This document shows positions 1-12,700 of a DNA stretch of 64,000 nt, in pieces (the stretch's first letter is position 1; each line of letters starts with the position of its first letter). The notes under the pieces were generated by a model. The model saw nothing but the letters and a program-made list of their open reading frames with translations, did no database searches and was not told the origin of the DNA. Made by a program: the position numbers and the translations under genes. The stretch is from Monocercomonoides exilis PA203. Taxonomy: Eukaryota > Protista > Preaxostyla. Location of the stretch: contig LSRY02000053.1 of the NCBI GenBank assembly GCA_001643675.2, forward strand, positions 1-64,000, in the 5' to 3' direction.

Positions 1-1773
1 GATCGTGGTTGAGCAGCGATATGGCCATGTTGAGGTGTGTTATTGGGTTGCTGGTGGCAGATACACGAAACATTCATCAAGATGAGCATTCATAAGCAAG
101 CGAATGCATCGATTGTCAATGGAAAAAGATGAGAAACAAGAGATGAAATAAAGGTGAAAATATGAAATCATTTGTTTAAAAAAAAAGAAAAAGAAAAGAA
201 AAAGAAAAAACAACATTGCTTTAACTTCAAACAAACTTTTGAAGAGCAATTGATTTATGATAAGCATCAACTGCGTTGTCAATGTCACCCAATTTTGATA
301 AGGCAATTCCCAGATGCATGTAAGATGGCGCATGCATCCTGTTCAAGAAAATTGAAGCAGAAAGTGAAAGATAACCTGATAAAACTCTTCAAGATGCAAT
401 AGAAATATCAGAATAGCAGCGATAAATGTGGTTTAAAAGAGGATATTGAATATAAAGCAATGACAATTTTATGATTCTGATAGAAATTTAAGGTGATTAT
501 CGAACTGTTCTGTTTCCAAATAGAGAATTCCCAGATTGTATGCAATGCGCCAGTCAAACTGCGCCATCGACCTCGCCTTTAACAAGCAGGAAATAGCCTC
601 AAATTTGAATGATATCGTGAAAATATTAGCGGCTAAAGAAAATCAACATCCTGAATTCAAATTTCATACTGCTTGAATTTTCTGCTTTGAATAAAAACAC
701 ATCCCAATGTTGTTCCACAACTCCGCAAATTCCGAATGAGCAGCAGCAATTCTATTGGGAAAATGATACAAAAATAATAAATGTAATAATAATTTAATGA
801 ATAAAATAACAAAAATCAAAAGAAGATTTGATCATAAATGCACAAAGAAATTCAAAAAAATTTTTTTTCATACCGATATTTTGCGAGTGCAACATCAGTG
901 TCACCTTTATCTTGGATTATCATCCCCGCAGCCAGAATGGTCTGTAATCACATATCGAATATTTTAAGAAAAATTATCAGTCAATGTTTTTGTGATGAAT
1001 GATGCAGCAAACTTTTGAATTCCTTGGATCAATAGTTAACGCACTCCCCAGCTTTTCAAATGCTTTATCATGATCGCCCATTCGAAGGCATATTAAGCCA
1101 ACAATTGTCAAAAGCTCTGAATTTTCTGGTGAAAGTGTTAATGCATGCTCGTACATGGGCAACGCTTCTGAATAGCGCTCGAGTTGCGAATAAATATTTC
1201 CTAACGCACATAGCGTAACTTGTTGAGGGTCAGCTTCAATTGCTTGAAGATACGTCTCAATTGCCTAAAAGAATAAGAGTATTTGTAAAATATGATGCAA
1301 ATAATAAATAACTTCTTTCCAAAAAAACAACTGAAAAAGCACACTTGTTCATCGTTTCCTAACTGTTGAAGACACATAGCTTTGTTGTGCAAGCATTCCC
1401 AATCTGGATCTTGCGTTAATGATAGTGCTTCATCAAAGTTATCAACAGCTTCCTTGTATCGTCCAAGCAGCATGTAAGTCTTTGCAACTTGTTTAATATT
1501 GTCAATGCTCACAGGATTTAAATCTGCTACCGTTTGGAAAACAGTCAGAGATTCTTGAACTTTTCCTTGTTGTCTAAGTATGAGACCCTTGACGTACAAA
1601 GCATATTCACTATTGTTGTCATATTTTTTCAATTGTTGTTCAATTGTACTCATGCATGCCTTATAATTCCTAGTAACAAAATATTGATGGATTTCTTGAT
1701 TCTTCGCTGTAGAGTCATTCGAATAACTGAATTGCTGTTTGACTTTAACATCTGTAAGTGGAATGGTTTGCAT
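1..1773 (-). CDS. BBS4: Bardet-Biedl syndrome 4-like TPR protein (BBSome subunit); multi-exon, 3' end beyond the window start
   Basis: Exon 1 (ATG 1773-1345) has YALYVKGLILRQQGKVQESL. A GT..AG intron (1344-1265) leads to AIETYLQAIEAD...LGSALTIDPRNSK. Later exons read TILAAGMIIQDKGDTDVALAKYR, AELWNNIGMCF, WRIAYNLGILYL and NPITHLNMAISLLNHD, the same motif order as BBS4 TPR repeats. Confidence 0.85.
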
Positions 1774-2100
1774 TATTATCTCCAAATAGTATTAAATTTT
1801 CTTGTGGTTAGATCAAAAATCTCAAACTTAAAAGTTTTTGCTTTGTGAATGATGTTCCACACAAATTTTTCAAATATTTTCTCGATTTTTTTGTGCTTCT
1901 ATGGATTTTTGCATTGTTAAGGAAGACTTCTTATGTCACGATTACTGAAAATGTTGAAAACATATCCTGGTTTTTTAAAAATAGAAAATTTTTTGTCTAA
2001 TATCAAATGCGAGCGATAAATGAGAAAATGTTATGAAACAATGATCATATTTTTGTATAAGAACTTTTCATCATTGTCTTTTATGATTCTTTCAAAGTGA

Positions 2101-2280
2101 TATGGGACAAAATATTTTGCTTGATGAATTTTGTTCCATTCTTCTCTAACATTTATTTTTCTCAATTTTAGAATTTTTGTGATAATTTGTGTTGTTACGG
2201 TTGAAACATAATGATAAGGTTGGAGAAAAAGTTTGGAACAAATCACAGTTTTTTCATAATTGCAAAAATTTTGACCCATA
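2101..2280. mobile_element. ~180-bp MITE, family A, copy 1
   Basis: Imperfect TIRs tatgggacaaaatattttgc / gcaaaaattttgacccata. The internal motif (rc of tggaacaaaattcat) recurs at 31626-31807 and 52581-52767. Confidence 0.6.
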
Positions 2281-2779
2281 TCAGCAAAATTTTATTATGA
2301 TAATTATAAATTTGGGTGATTTTTTTGATATCATAAAAAAGATCAAAAATCGAAAAAATAAAATTTATAGAGGTATTTATTGATCAATAAATTAAATTGA
2401 TTTATTTCAAGTATTAAGCTTTTATTTCTGTAATATGTATTTGTTTTATTATTATATGCAAAAACATACCTTTTTAATGTTTTTGGTGAAAAAGAATTTT
2501 TGATCAAGTTTTATAAAAAAATTGAAAAATCAATCTTCAAAAGGAAAATAGAAATTTCATAATTGGCAAAACAAAATATTGCAAAGAAAAAGTTTACGAA
2601 GAAGAATATTAAAGAAAAAAAGAAAACAAAATTGTTAATTTTTATTGATCAAAAAATGTTAATTTTCTTTTTTTTTTTCCCTCACCTTTGTATAGCCAAC
2701 AAATCTCCATTCCTTTTATTCGATTCATCGGATTCATCAAACGTTAAACGAAATCGTGGAAAATTAGAAAAGCTGAGTT

Positions 2780-3005
2780 CAATGGATGGATCCCCTCATT
2801 GCCCAGAACAAAATCGTTGCAAATGGTGGAACTGATGCTGATGCCTGTGGCAGACCCCAACAGAACCCATGCGCCACCATCGAGTATGCCCTCAACGGCT
2901 TCATTTCCCTCCTGCAAGATGCCTCCCTCACACTCCCTTTCTTTTAATATTTGTTCCCACTCAAACACTCACTTTCAGCACGGTTGACACCACAATCACA
3001 GGCGA
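2780..3005 (+). pseudogene. Fragment of the surface-protein/beta-helix-like family also seen at 18430-19580
   Basis: Nucleotide similarity to 19357-19570 (tggatcccctcattgcccagaacaaaat...gatgcctgtggcagacc...tgcgccaccatcgag). Confidence 0.65.
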
Positions 3006-3611
3006 TGATGAAATTTATCTGATTTCCTAATAATTTCCTTCCATTTATTTTGTATATATTCCATGTAATATCAATATTCATGAACTTTCATCGCATTTTC
3101 ATTTGAGGAATATATCTTTGCTTTTCTTTCATAGATCCGAAAATCAGCTCACATAGAAATATTTCTTTTCCACTTTCTTATCTAATTTCGCTTCTTCATC
3201 AAATGCAAATTTCGCTTGTTGCTAAATGGAATCATCCGTTTTCCTTTCTTCAATCATATTTGGTAATTTTCTTCAAAAACATTTATTTCCTCAACATTCC
3301 GATTTAAACATGCTTGTATCCGATTCACTTAACTGCCTTTTCCAAATTCTCTTTAAATAAGCCTTTTCCTCTGAATCAATTTCCCTCATCCTTTCATTTC
3401 CTGCAATTCACGTGGTTTTGATGTTGTGAAATCAATTGAAGGTTATTTTTTGGAACTCGTTCATACCAAATATCATTTTTGCCCTGCTCCTTCTGTTTTC
3501 TGTGAATTCTTTCAATCTTAAAACGAAATGGCCAAAATAGAATTTCTTGTAGATTGCATGCCTTATGATTAGCTTTTCTCGATAGGATTTAGAATCATTT
3601 CCGTTGCTGTG

Positions 3612-6600
3612 TTAGGTTGGTTGAAATTCTATGTCTGAATAAATATTTCTTTCGTCTTTCTGAGTAGGAATGAAAGACGAGGCCTGATGATGAATTTGAC
3701 GGGAGCTGAATGAAAGAGAAGGAGCAGAAGATAACGATGGTGAAAGAGAAGACGAAGAAGTTACGGAAGGCAGGGATAGCGGAGAAAGAGAACCAGGATC
3801 AGCAAGACTAGCAGAAGATAGAAGTTTAGCTTGGGACTGCAGTGAAGGAGATAAAGATGTTCTGAGAGAAAAAGAAGATTGCTGTTGGATGTTCATAAAC
3901 AAGGAAGAATTGACAAGTGATGAAGTTCAGTGAGAAAGAGGATGAAGAGCAATGTTTGAATTTGCGTCAAATTCTGCAGTTGAATCAAAAGGCGCAACCA
4001 AATTGAGGGCAGGGTGTTTCTGCATCAGATTCATCACCATTGAATTCTGCGATGTGAAGAAAGATTCCAACTTTGAGAAACACAACGTATCTCTTTTCCC
4101 AGGCACACTGCTCAGACTGAATGTTCTTGTCCCTTTCTCCTTCTGAAACAGCAGAGGTGATCCTTTCCCTGCTCCTTTCCTTCCCTTTCTGTGTGTCACC
4201 TCTGCTTCCTCTTTGTGTGTCCACCAGCCCCTCCACTTCATCCTCCTTCCTCTTCTCAGCTCCGCCCGGCTTTGCCACAGCCCACTCTTCAGCGCACTCA
4301 TCAGATCCAACAGCGTTCTTGTCTGCCTCGCGTCGACTGCTGCATAAACAGGCACTTTTCGCATCTTCCACACAAATTGCCCGTTTTCTTCGCTTTTGAT
4401 ACGCACATAACGGCAGGGCACATCCAGTTCATCGCTCAAATCTTCTAAGTCAGAATTAGCGAGGTCATTCAGCATGCAGTCCAATTTCCGCTCTCTTGTC
4501 AAAATTGGCGTTTGACTTTCTTTCGCCTCTTGCTGCACATCGCTTGTCATTTTGCTCTCTTTCTGGTTGGTTGGCGTGCCTGTCTCAAGGTGTGGTTGTA
4601 GTATTCCTTGGATGCTGCTAAACAGATTCTTGTCTTTTTCCTCTATCTTCTTCGCCATTTTCTCCATTTTCCTGCGCTCCCGCTCTTCTTTCTTCTTTCG
4701 CCTCCTCTCTTTCTCTTCTTTCTCCTTCTTCTTCTTCTGTATCTCCTGCAGTTTCATCAACCGAAGCAGTTTTCCTCTCTGATCATCAGATTCGAATGAA
4801 CAAAACGTGATCTTCGCTTCTTCATCGTCTTCTTTCCCTCTCTCATTCTGAAATTCATCTTGCATTACCTTTGTCACTTCTTTGTTCAAATCCTTCATCC
4901 TCATCACACCCAACGTCACCCCTCCTTCTCCTCCAACAACAACAACTGTTGATGGAAGCGTTATTGGTGCACCAACAGCTCCTCTCCCCATCTCCATCTC
5001 TTGGCTGTACACAATCAACGCTCTCCCTCCAACTCCTCTTCATCCACCGTCCATTCGCTTCCCTCGTGTAAAGTGTATCGTTCCAAAGTCACCTCCTCCG
5101 GAAGAATATTGTTTAGGCTGTGGAGAATGTGATAGCGTTGGAGACGGAATTGTTGTTCTGTTACTGCTGCTGCTTCTGTTTTTGCTTGGATTGTTATGAA
5201 AGAGGCTCTGGCTCTGGCTCATCTGAATGCTTTTCGTCTTTTTTGCCGTTTTGAATTGATTCTTTCGCGTTTGCATTCTTTTCTGCTTCTTTTTTATTGT
5301 CTTTGCTTTTCAAGCAACTTCTTTGCGGTTGTTCATTGAATCATCCAAAATTGCTTTTTGATTTTCGTCTTTTCCTTCATCTGTATTGCCTTCAACTTCT
5401 TCCCTGTTTCCATTTCCATTTCCAGAATTTGTTGCTTCTTTCTCTTCTTTCTCACATTCTTTATCATCTCCTTCATTTTTTGCAGCATTCCCACTCATTC
5501 CTGATCTTTTTATAGATTCATCAATCGGCGTCGGAGAAAGCAGCAAGTTTGGTCTGACCATCAAAAGCACTTCGTTCACAACAGAATCACGTTGATGCTC
5601 AAGCGCCTGATAATACCTTCGCATCAACCTCTGTTTCTCTCTCCGTTTGTACCTCTTCTCTCTTCTCTCTTCTTCATCACTGATGATGGAGCTGTCGTAA
5701 AGGCATTCGCTTTCTTCATTTCACTTCGGTTCCTTTAAAGAATTTCTTCTGATCAGTGAATAATTCTCGTTTTCTTTTGCTTTCACTTTATTTTCTTTTT
5801 CATCATCATTGTAATCTCCTTCATTAGCAGGCTTCAATACCTTCCTCAACTTAATTTGTTCTCTTTTTCTTCTCCCCCCTCTCTCTTTCTTCCTATTCTC
5901 CTGATGCTTCGCGTATCGCTCCATTATCCGAAATTACGCAAACAGCGGCAGCGCCTCAAACACATCGGAAGTGAGAACAAAATATTGTCTTTTCCTTCTT
6001 CTTCCGAACTGCTGCCTCATCCTCCTCATCTGCTCTTCGCTTGTTATAAATCTGTTTCAATAAGAGCGAAGCAACGAGGAGGAAGAAGAAGAGGAGGAAA
6101 AAGAAGAGGAAGAAGAACAATGTGAAGCACCAGAAGCAGCAGTCACTTGCGCACAGCGGTTGAGATAGCGTAGGCGGAGGAGAGGATGCATTGCTCTTAT
6201 GCGGCGAGCCATTGCAATTTCAGAACGATGAGGTGGTTTGGGGTGGGAAGAGGGGTCAGTTACTGCTGGAGAAGATGAGGAAGATGAAGAAAAATATGAT
6301 GATGATGATGATTTCCGTATTGATGTCAATGATAACGCTTATTTCTATGACTATGCCTGTTCTACTTCATTTGTCTGTTTCTATCTCATAAACATTCGCA
6401 CACCGGAAACACACATTCTTCTGTCAAATCGTCTGTCATTGGAATAATCTGCAACCAAATGCCGAAGGCTCTCGTTTTCGCTGATTGGAGCTAAGGAGTG
6501 GCAGAAGCGATGATTTGATGCAAGAGCAGCTTCAGAACAGAATTTGGCGTAGAAGAAGAGGCTGAAGAAGAAAGTGTTGATATTTCATCTGCATTGCTCC

Positions 6601-7560
6601 ACATCTCTTTGTCTTCATCTTCAGTCTTTTCAATTTCTCTTCCTTCTTTTTCACTTTTTCTCTCTCCTTCTCTCTTCCTCCTTCTTTCTCTAAATAACCT
6701 CCATTTCATTAATGAATATCTTATATGGGAACAATAATTTCTTCAACTCATCATCCGACGCTGCTGTTAGCTATATAAAATAAATGATACAAAAGACTCC
6801 ATTTTTCTGTCTATTGTCTTTTTGTTAATAAATACCTGTGCTTGAAACGCCCAGCAGCGGTGGTGCAAAGTTTGGAGAGAGGAAGGAAGAGACGACGTTA
6901 TTGATTAAGGAATGCGCTTCAGGCGTGAAAACATATGAATACGATGGGAAGAATTGAGCGATCAGTTCATTGATGTTCTTTTGGTGGAAGGAGGTTCTTG
7001 TAAAAGAAGAAGAACGTTGGGATGAGTTGGAAGATGTTGAAGATCTGCAAAAATCCACATATTGATGGCTCGTGGCAGCTCTGGTTGTGCTTGTGATGTT
7101 ACACAAAAAGATGTTCTATCTGCCTAGGATATTTGAGGCAAGGGAGCTTTTGGTGGAAGCTGAATCATTTATTGAGGTAAAGTGAGAAAGAAGAGAGGAG
7201 GAGAAGGAGATCTGTGGTGTTTGAATGGAGTGTCATTCACAGAAGATAAGGAGTGACATTGAAAGAGGAGAACTTTTATTGGAAAGAGGAGATAATTCCT
7301 GCTTTTTGAGAAGCGCACATGACTTACTCGATCATGGAAACAACAAAGCTGCTTGTGTATGACTGATTTGAGAAGGAAGAAGAAGAAGAAGGCATTGATG
7401 ACGAAGAGAAGAAATGTTTAGTGGTCTGTGAGAAGAGGAAGTCTGGTTTCATGTGGAATGAACAGTCAGCTGCAACACAGTGACAATAGTGGAAGCCAAA
7501 TGCGCAGAAGAGAGTTCCTGGTTCATTCTTTTTCATCAGCTCTGATTTCAATGATGATAG
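3612..7560 (-). pseudogene. Large low-complexity (Ser/Glu/Lys-rich) hypothetical gene broken into several ORFs by frameshifts, stops or introns
   Basis: Chain of same-strand ORFs (7551, 7106, 6709, 6329, 5627, 5276, 5018-3927, 3902) with coding-like composition. No recognisable domain. Confidence 0.45.
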
Positions 7561-8079
7561 AAATGATGTGAAGCGGTTGTGGTTTAGACACAGTGCTCAA
7601 ACTTAGAAAAAGAATCTGTATAAAAAAACATGAAAAGGGATAGTTCATCAGTTTATGTATCAATTAATTGAAAGAAATTAAAATAAGAGTTTGAAAAAAT
7701 AAAAAATAGAAAAACAAGAAATACGATAAAAACAATAATAACAATAATCAAAAAAAATTTCAAACCTTATTAAATGATGAATTGCTCTTTCATCGTATCT
7801 TGTATAGAGCTTATTAGCAATTGTTTGAATGAGTCCAATCTGACTGGAAAGATTGAATGAATCTGTGATTTTCATGCAGATGTGACACATACAAAAAATT
7901 CGATGAAGATTGAAAATAAGCACATTCACAAAATGGACGTTGCTGTCAACACACATAAAAAAGATGAAGTTCATAATGAATGATGGAAAAAAGTTCAGAA
8001 AATTTCAAAAATTGAAAAAAAAAATATAATTAAAAATAAATACACAATAATTCTTTGTTATTATTAAAAGAAAATTTCA

Positions 8080-9590
8080 ACTCACACCACATCGCTTCAG
8101 ATCTTCTCCATTGCAAAAGTAGATCCGTCTGGAACTCTTTTCTTTTCTCTCGCTGAGTTAAGAATCTCCTCAACCTCCTTCACCATCTCCGCTTTCCTGA
8201 CTTATCTCTTCTTCGAGAAATCTGGCAACATTGAATGGAAAAACTCAATTTCCGCGATAATTGCTGTATTCACTTGCTGTTCTTGCAAAGCTTGCTGCTC
8301 TGCGCTCGCTCAACTTCGACTCTTCTCCAAACTCCTCCAATGATATAAATTATTTCTTTTTTTCGATCGCAATCTTCTTTGGCCGTATGATATTCTTTTT
8401 TGTCAGCGTTTCTGCCCCATTTGACACAAACAGCGAAGAATCCAACGCAGACAAATTGATCCCACTGATGTTTCCATTTCCCCCTCTTCCTCTGCTGCTT
8501 CTTCCACATTCATCAGTAACTGGTCTGCGTGTTGTGACTCAAATATAACCTCACGAAGCTTACACATTCTCTTCTGTTGTATCCTCCCAGGCTGCGCGGA
8601 TAACAGTGCAGGTTTAAGAACTTTGCAAGGGGGTCCGCACCTAAAATGAGCAGGTCGTTCGTCGCCCACTTCTCATCGACAGAGAGTCTGCCGTCATAAA
8701 CAATCCAGTTCTCGTTTAGCACATAGAAGAGGTTCGTGTCCACGTACCGCACCGCACACAAAATATACAGCGCGCACTCGCTGTTCACCTGAAGTATCCT
8801 CGCCCTGCTTCTGCTGTCACAGCCACAGAACAAGTTCATAGCGTGCTTTGGATCGGACGAAGGCTGTGGGGCAAGCACAAGAGAAGAGAAATCGCAGTTA
8901 ACATGCTGAGTATTCTTCGCATAAAGTGCATATGGAAGATGTTGACCTTCTCCTCTTTGTCATCTGCCTCGTCCCGCTTGTCAAACATCCTTTAAACCAC
9001 AGACACTCTTGACGCCATTCCTCTCCTCCTTTCCTCAGGACTCTTATTCCTTGTTCCTCATTCTTCTTCTCATTCAGGAGCGATTGCAGATGGCAGATCT
9101 TGTCCAAGTTTTTGTTCTTTGTTTCCTCAAATCGCATCTACTTCAGCTGAATACGATTTGTGACTGGAATTAATGATAAATCCTTTTGCTTCATCCTTCC
9201 ATTTAGACTCCTCAACCATCTGTGCCTTTGTGAAATTTTTTCTGTTTCTTTTCTTTTTCTTTTTCTTTTTTTTCTGCCCCTCTTTTTCGTTCTCAATCTC
9301 TTTTTCTGTTGCTCCTTCCACTTCCTCGTTTTCCCAAACCTGTTCCATTGCCTTCCTCTTGCTCCTCTTCTTTCCTTTCTTCAGGACCCTCAGAGCATGA
9401 ATCTCTGGAAGAACCTGTTTCAAACATAATATCAAATTCACGAGTTCCGATGAACTGCTGTTCGATTAGCTCGTGTCTTTGGTTTTGATCTATTCAAGCA
9501 GCTCCATCTTCCGCTCATCTCCTGTTGAGAAGATGAAAAAACTCTTATGCAACAAATGAAGCTCATACAAAAAGACATTATAACAGCCAT
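8080..9590 (-). pseudogene. Hypothetical gene, frameshifted
   Basis: Consecutive minus-strand ORFs 9441-9127, 9137-8898, 8878-8513 and 8509-8270 with GC content above the flanks. Confidence 0.4.
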
Positions 9591-9787
9591 GACGAAAATT
9601 GTTGGGAAAAATTAAAAATAACAAATCAAAAGGAAAAGGAAGAATACGAAGATAATACTTGCGAAGATTATTGGCAATTCAATTGTAATTTCCAAATATT
9701 AAATTACAAAGGCAATTATCATCAACTGAACGAAATATTTGAAAATTGATTTATCTTATATTTTTTCAAAAAAATTTATTAATTGAA

Positions 9788-12700
9788 AAGATCATGGCGT
9801 TTTTGGCATTTCAAATTTTTGCTCAGAACATCATTATATTAAACTATCAGCTCATTAAGCATAGAATATGCGACTTTCAATGTTGACCAAAATGCACAAA
9901 TAATTTGGTTTTTTTAAGATCATTAATTTTGTATATTCTATTTAATTTTATTTTTTTTTTGTTTTTTTATTTATTTTTAATTATTTAATAATTAACTTTT
10001 TGTTATTTTTATCGAATGATTCAAATGAATTTCTTTTTTTCTATTTCTTTTTTTTTTTTTTTTATTAATTTTTGTTTCAAAAACTGAAGTGAGAAAAAAC
10101 AAGCATTAGCAATAAATTTGAAGTGTGAAATATGTCACATGACTTTTTTATAAAAAGAAAGTGAAGGTTTCCAATTTTCTTGTGACATTAAAATCCAGTA
10201 TTCCTCCCATTTGTCTGGAATTATTTCTGACACGCTATTATCATTGCACTCCAAAAAAATTGAAGAATATGACGGTCTATTCACATCCTTTTTGACAATC
10301 GCAATAAAATGACCTTGCTCGTATATAGCTGTTGAGTGAATTATGCAACCAACCAAATCATAAACGATAGATCGCTTAATGTCCTTCAAAATCAGATCCC
10401 TTTCTTCCTTGAACTTAAATGGGTTTTTTATTTCCATGTCATTCGGTCCCGGTCCCTTTTCAACAAACACAATCGATTTTGGAGGTGCGACAACCCTGAA
10501 AGATTCATTGACATTATGATTAATTGTAAGAATATCTGGAAATGATACAAAACGCACGAAAGGAATACAGGGTTTGTCCGTTTCACACCTATTACACCTT
10601 CGATTTCGTTGTTCTGTGATAAGATTAATGTTTGTTAGTAATTTTAACAGGCCTCCGATAATGTCAGATCCATTTATTGTGAAATAATACCTCGTTTCAC
10701 GATTCGAGACTAAGAAATTTTCACAATGAGTGCATTTACGAACGTTTTTGCTGTAGATTGAAAACATATGATAGATTTTATTCTTTTTATCCGACAACTT
10801 ATCCAACATTTTATCAAAAACATCAGTCAGTTTTTGTGCCACATTTCTTGGTCCAATTTTCAATTCGTAAAAGTTCCATATAACTGTTCCATTCCAAACT
10901 TTGCTGTTCTTTTTTGACTTCCGGAGCATTTCGAATAATTGAATGAACTCTACATGTTCATCCTTCATCATTGCAACTTGATTTCTGTTTATGTCAAGTG
11001 CAGCGAAACATTGACAAACAGAAGATAACGAACAGACACTCCCTGTATTCACAAGCCCTCTTTTCGACTCCAATTGTTGAAGCACACATGAACGTGATTT
11101 CGCTTCGATTTCATCATCCCGTTTGAGTGTATTTGAAAACGGTTTTAATAGTTCGTTTGAATCTTTCTTTCTTTTATCCATATTTTCTTCAGTTTCAAAT
11201 TGAAAATTATTAAGATAATCAACTATTCTATCAATTGAAGAAGATGGAGAAATTGTCTTTTCTATTGGGACAGTTGGTGGTTGTGAGAAAGATGATTGTT
11301 CTGGAGCAAATGATGGAGAATTCTGCAGAGAGGACAAAGAAAAATTATGATATGCGTAAGATGTTGAATTTTTCGCGTTTAAAAACAGCAGTGATGATTG
11401 TGGTGAGTTTCCTGAAGGTGATGAAGAATTTGAATCAAAAGGAGAAGATGCTGTGAATGCTACTGAAGTTGGGGAAGAAGAGAACGCAAAAAGCGATTCT
11501 TGAATAACTGTTTGAGAGGTTCTTGTGGATTTTTCATTTTGGAATGGAGTCTTCATAGAACATTCTGATAAATGAAATGAACCGTCTTCAGTTGCTGAAA
11601 AGGGAGAGGAGGGAGGGGAGGGAGGGGAGGGAGATGAGGGAGATGAGGAAGAGGAAGAGGAAGAGGAAGAGGAAGAGGAAGAGGAAGAGGAAGATGAAGA
11701 TGAAGAGGAAGAGGAAGAGGAAGAGGAAGAGGGAGAGGAAGAGGGAGAGGGAGAGGAAGAGGGAGAGGAAGAGTAAGAAGATGAAGAAGTGTGAGGCGGT
11801 TCAGAAGAAGAAGAGAAAAAAGATGAAGAAATAAGATCTTTTTGTGTGGATGGTAAAGTTTGGTGAAGTTGCAATGAAGAAGAGGAAGGTGAAGGGGAAC
11901 AAGAAGAGGAGGAGGAGGATACAGAAGAAGATGATGAAGTAATAAATGAATAATTAGGAATAGAATTAAAAGAAGGAGGAGGAGGAGAAGAAGAAGAGGA
12001 AGAAAAGGATAATGAGGAAGAGGAAGAGGAAGATGATGATAACAGAGGCAAAGGAGGAAGTGCAGAAGTTAATGATGCTTGGATAGAAGTTGAAGTTGAA
12101 ACATCTTCTGCAGCCGGTGATGAGGAAGGAGACAGAGAAGAAGGCTGAGCTGAAGTTGTTGTTGCTGAGGAAGCTGATGCAAAAGGAGAGGATGTGGAGG
12201 AAGTAGAATTGATCTCATTTTTCAATGAAGAAGTGTTCGCATGAGAATGATATGATACATTGGAAAGATCACTTTCAGAGTTAATATTGCTCACGTTAGG
12301 CGGAGGAAATGAGCGATCAACTGAAGCAGATAATGATGAGGAGAAGATAAGTGGTGTTCCAAGTGAAGAAGAAGAGGAAGAAGATAAAAAAGGACAAGAT
12401 GAAGAGGAAGTGGAAGAAGATGAATTGCGTTCAAGGGATGCAGGGAAAGGGGATGAAGATGGGGGAGAAGAGACATCGGGTACGGAAATGATGGGGAAAG
12501 AGGAGATGTTGGTGAAGGAGTTGTGTGAGGAAGAAGAAGAGGAGCAATGCAATGAAGAAGATAACAATGGCTGAGAAGGATTTGAAGCCGAAGAGTTATT
12601 ATCATTTGATGATGACGGAAACTTTGACATTATTGATTGATCAGTATTATTCTTCAATTGTGGCAATGTTGAATGAATGAATGAAGAACTCGAAGTGAAT

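Noticed and set aside
11577-12574. Plus-strand Glu/Arg/Lys-rich ORFs
   Set aside because: Antisense shadows of the poly-Ser linker; the same applies to 21661-22062.
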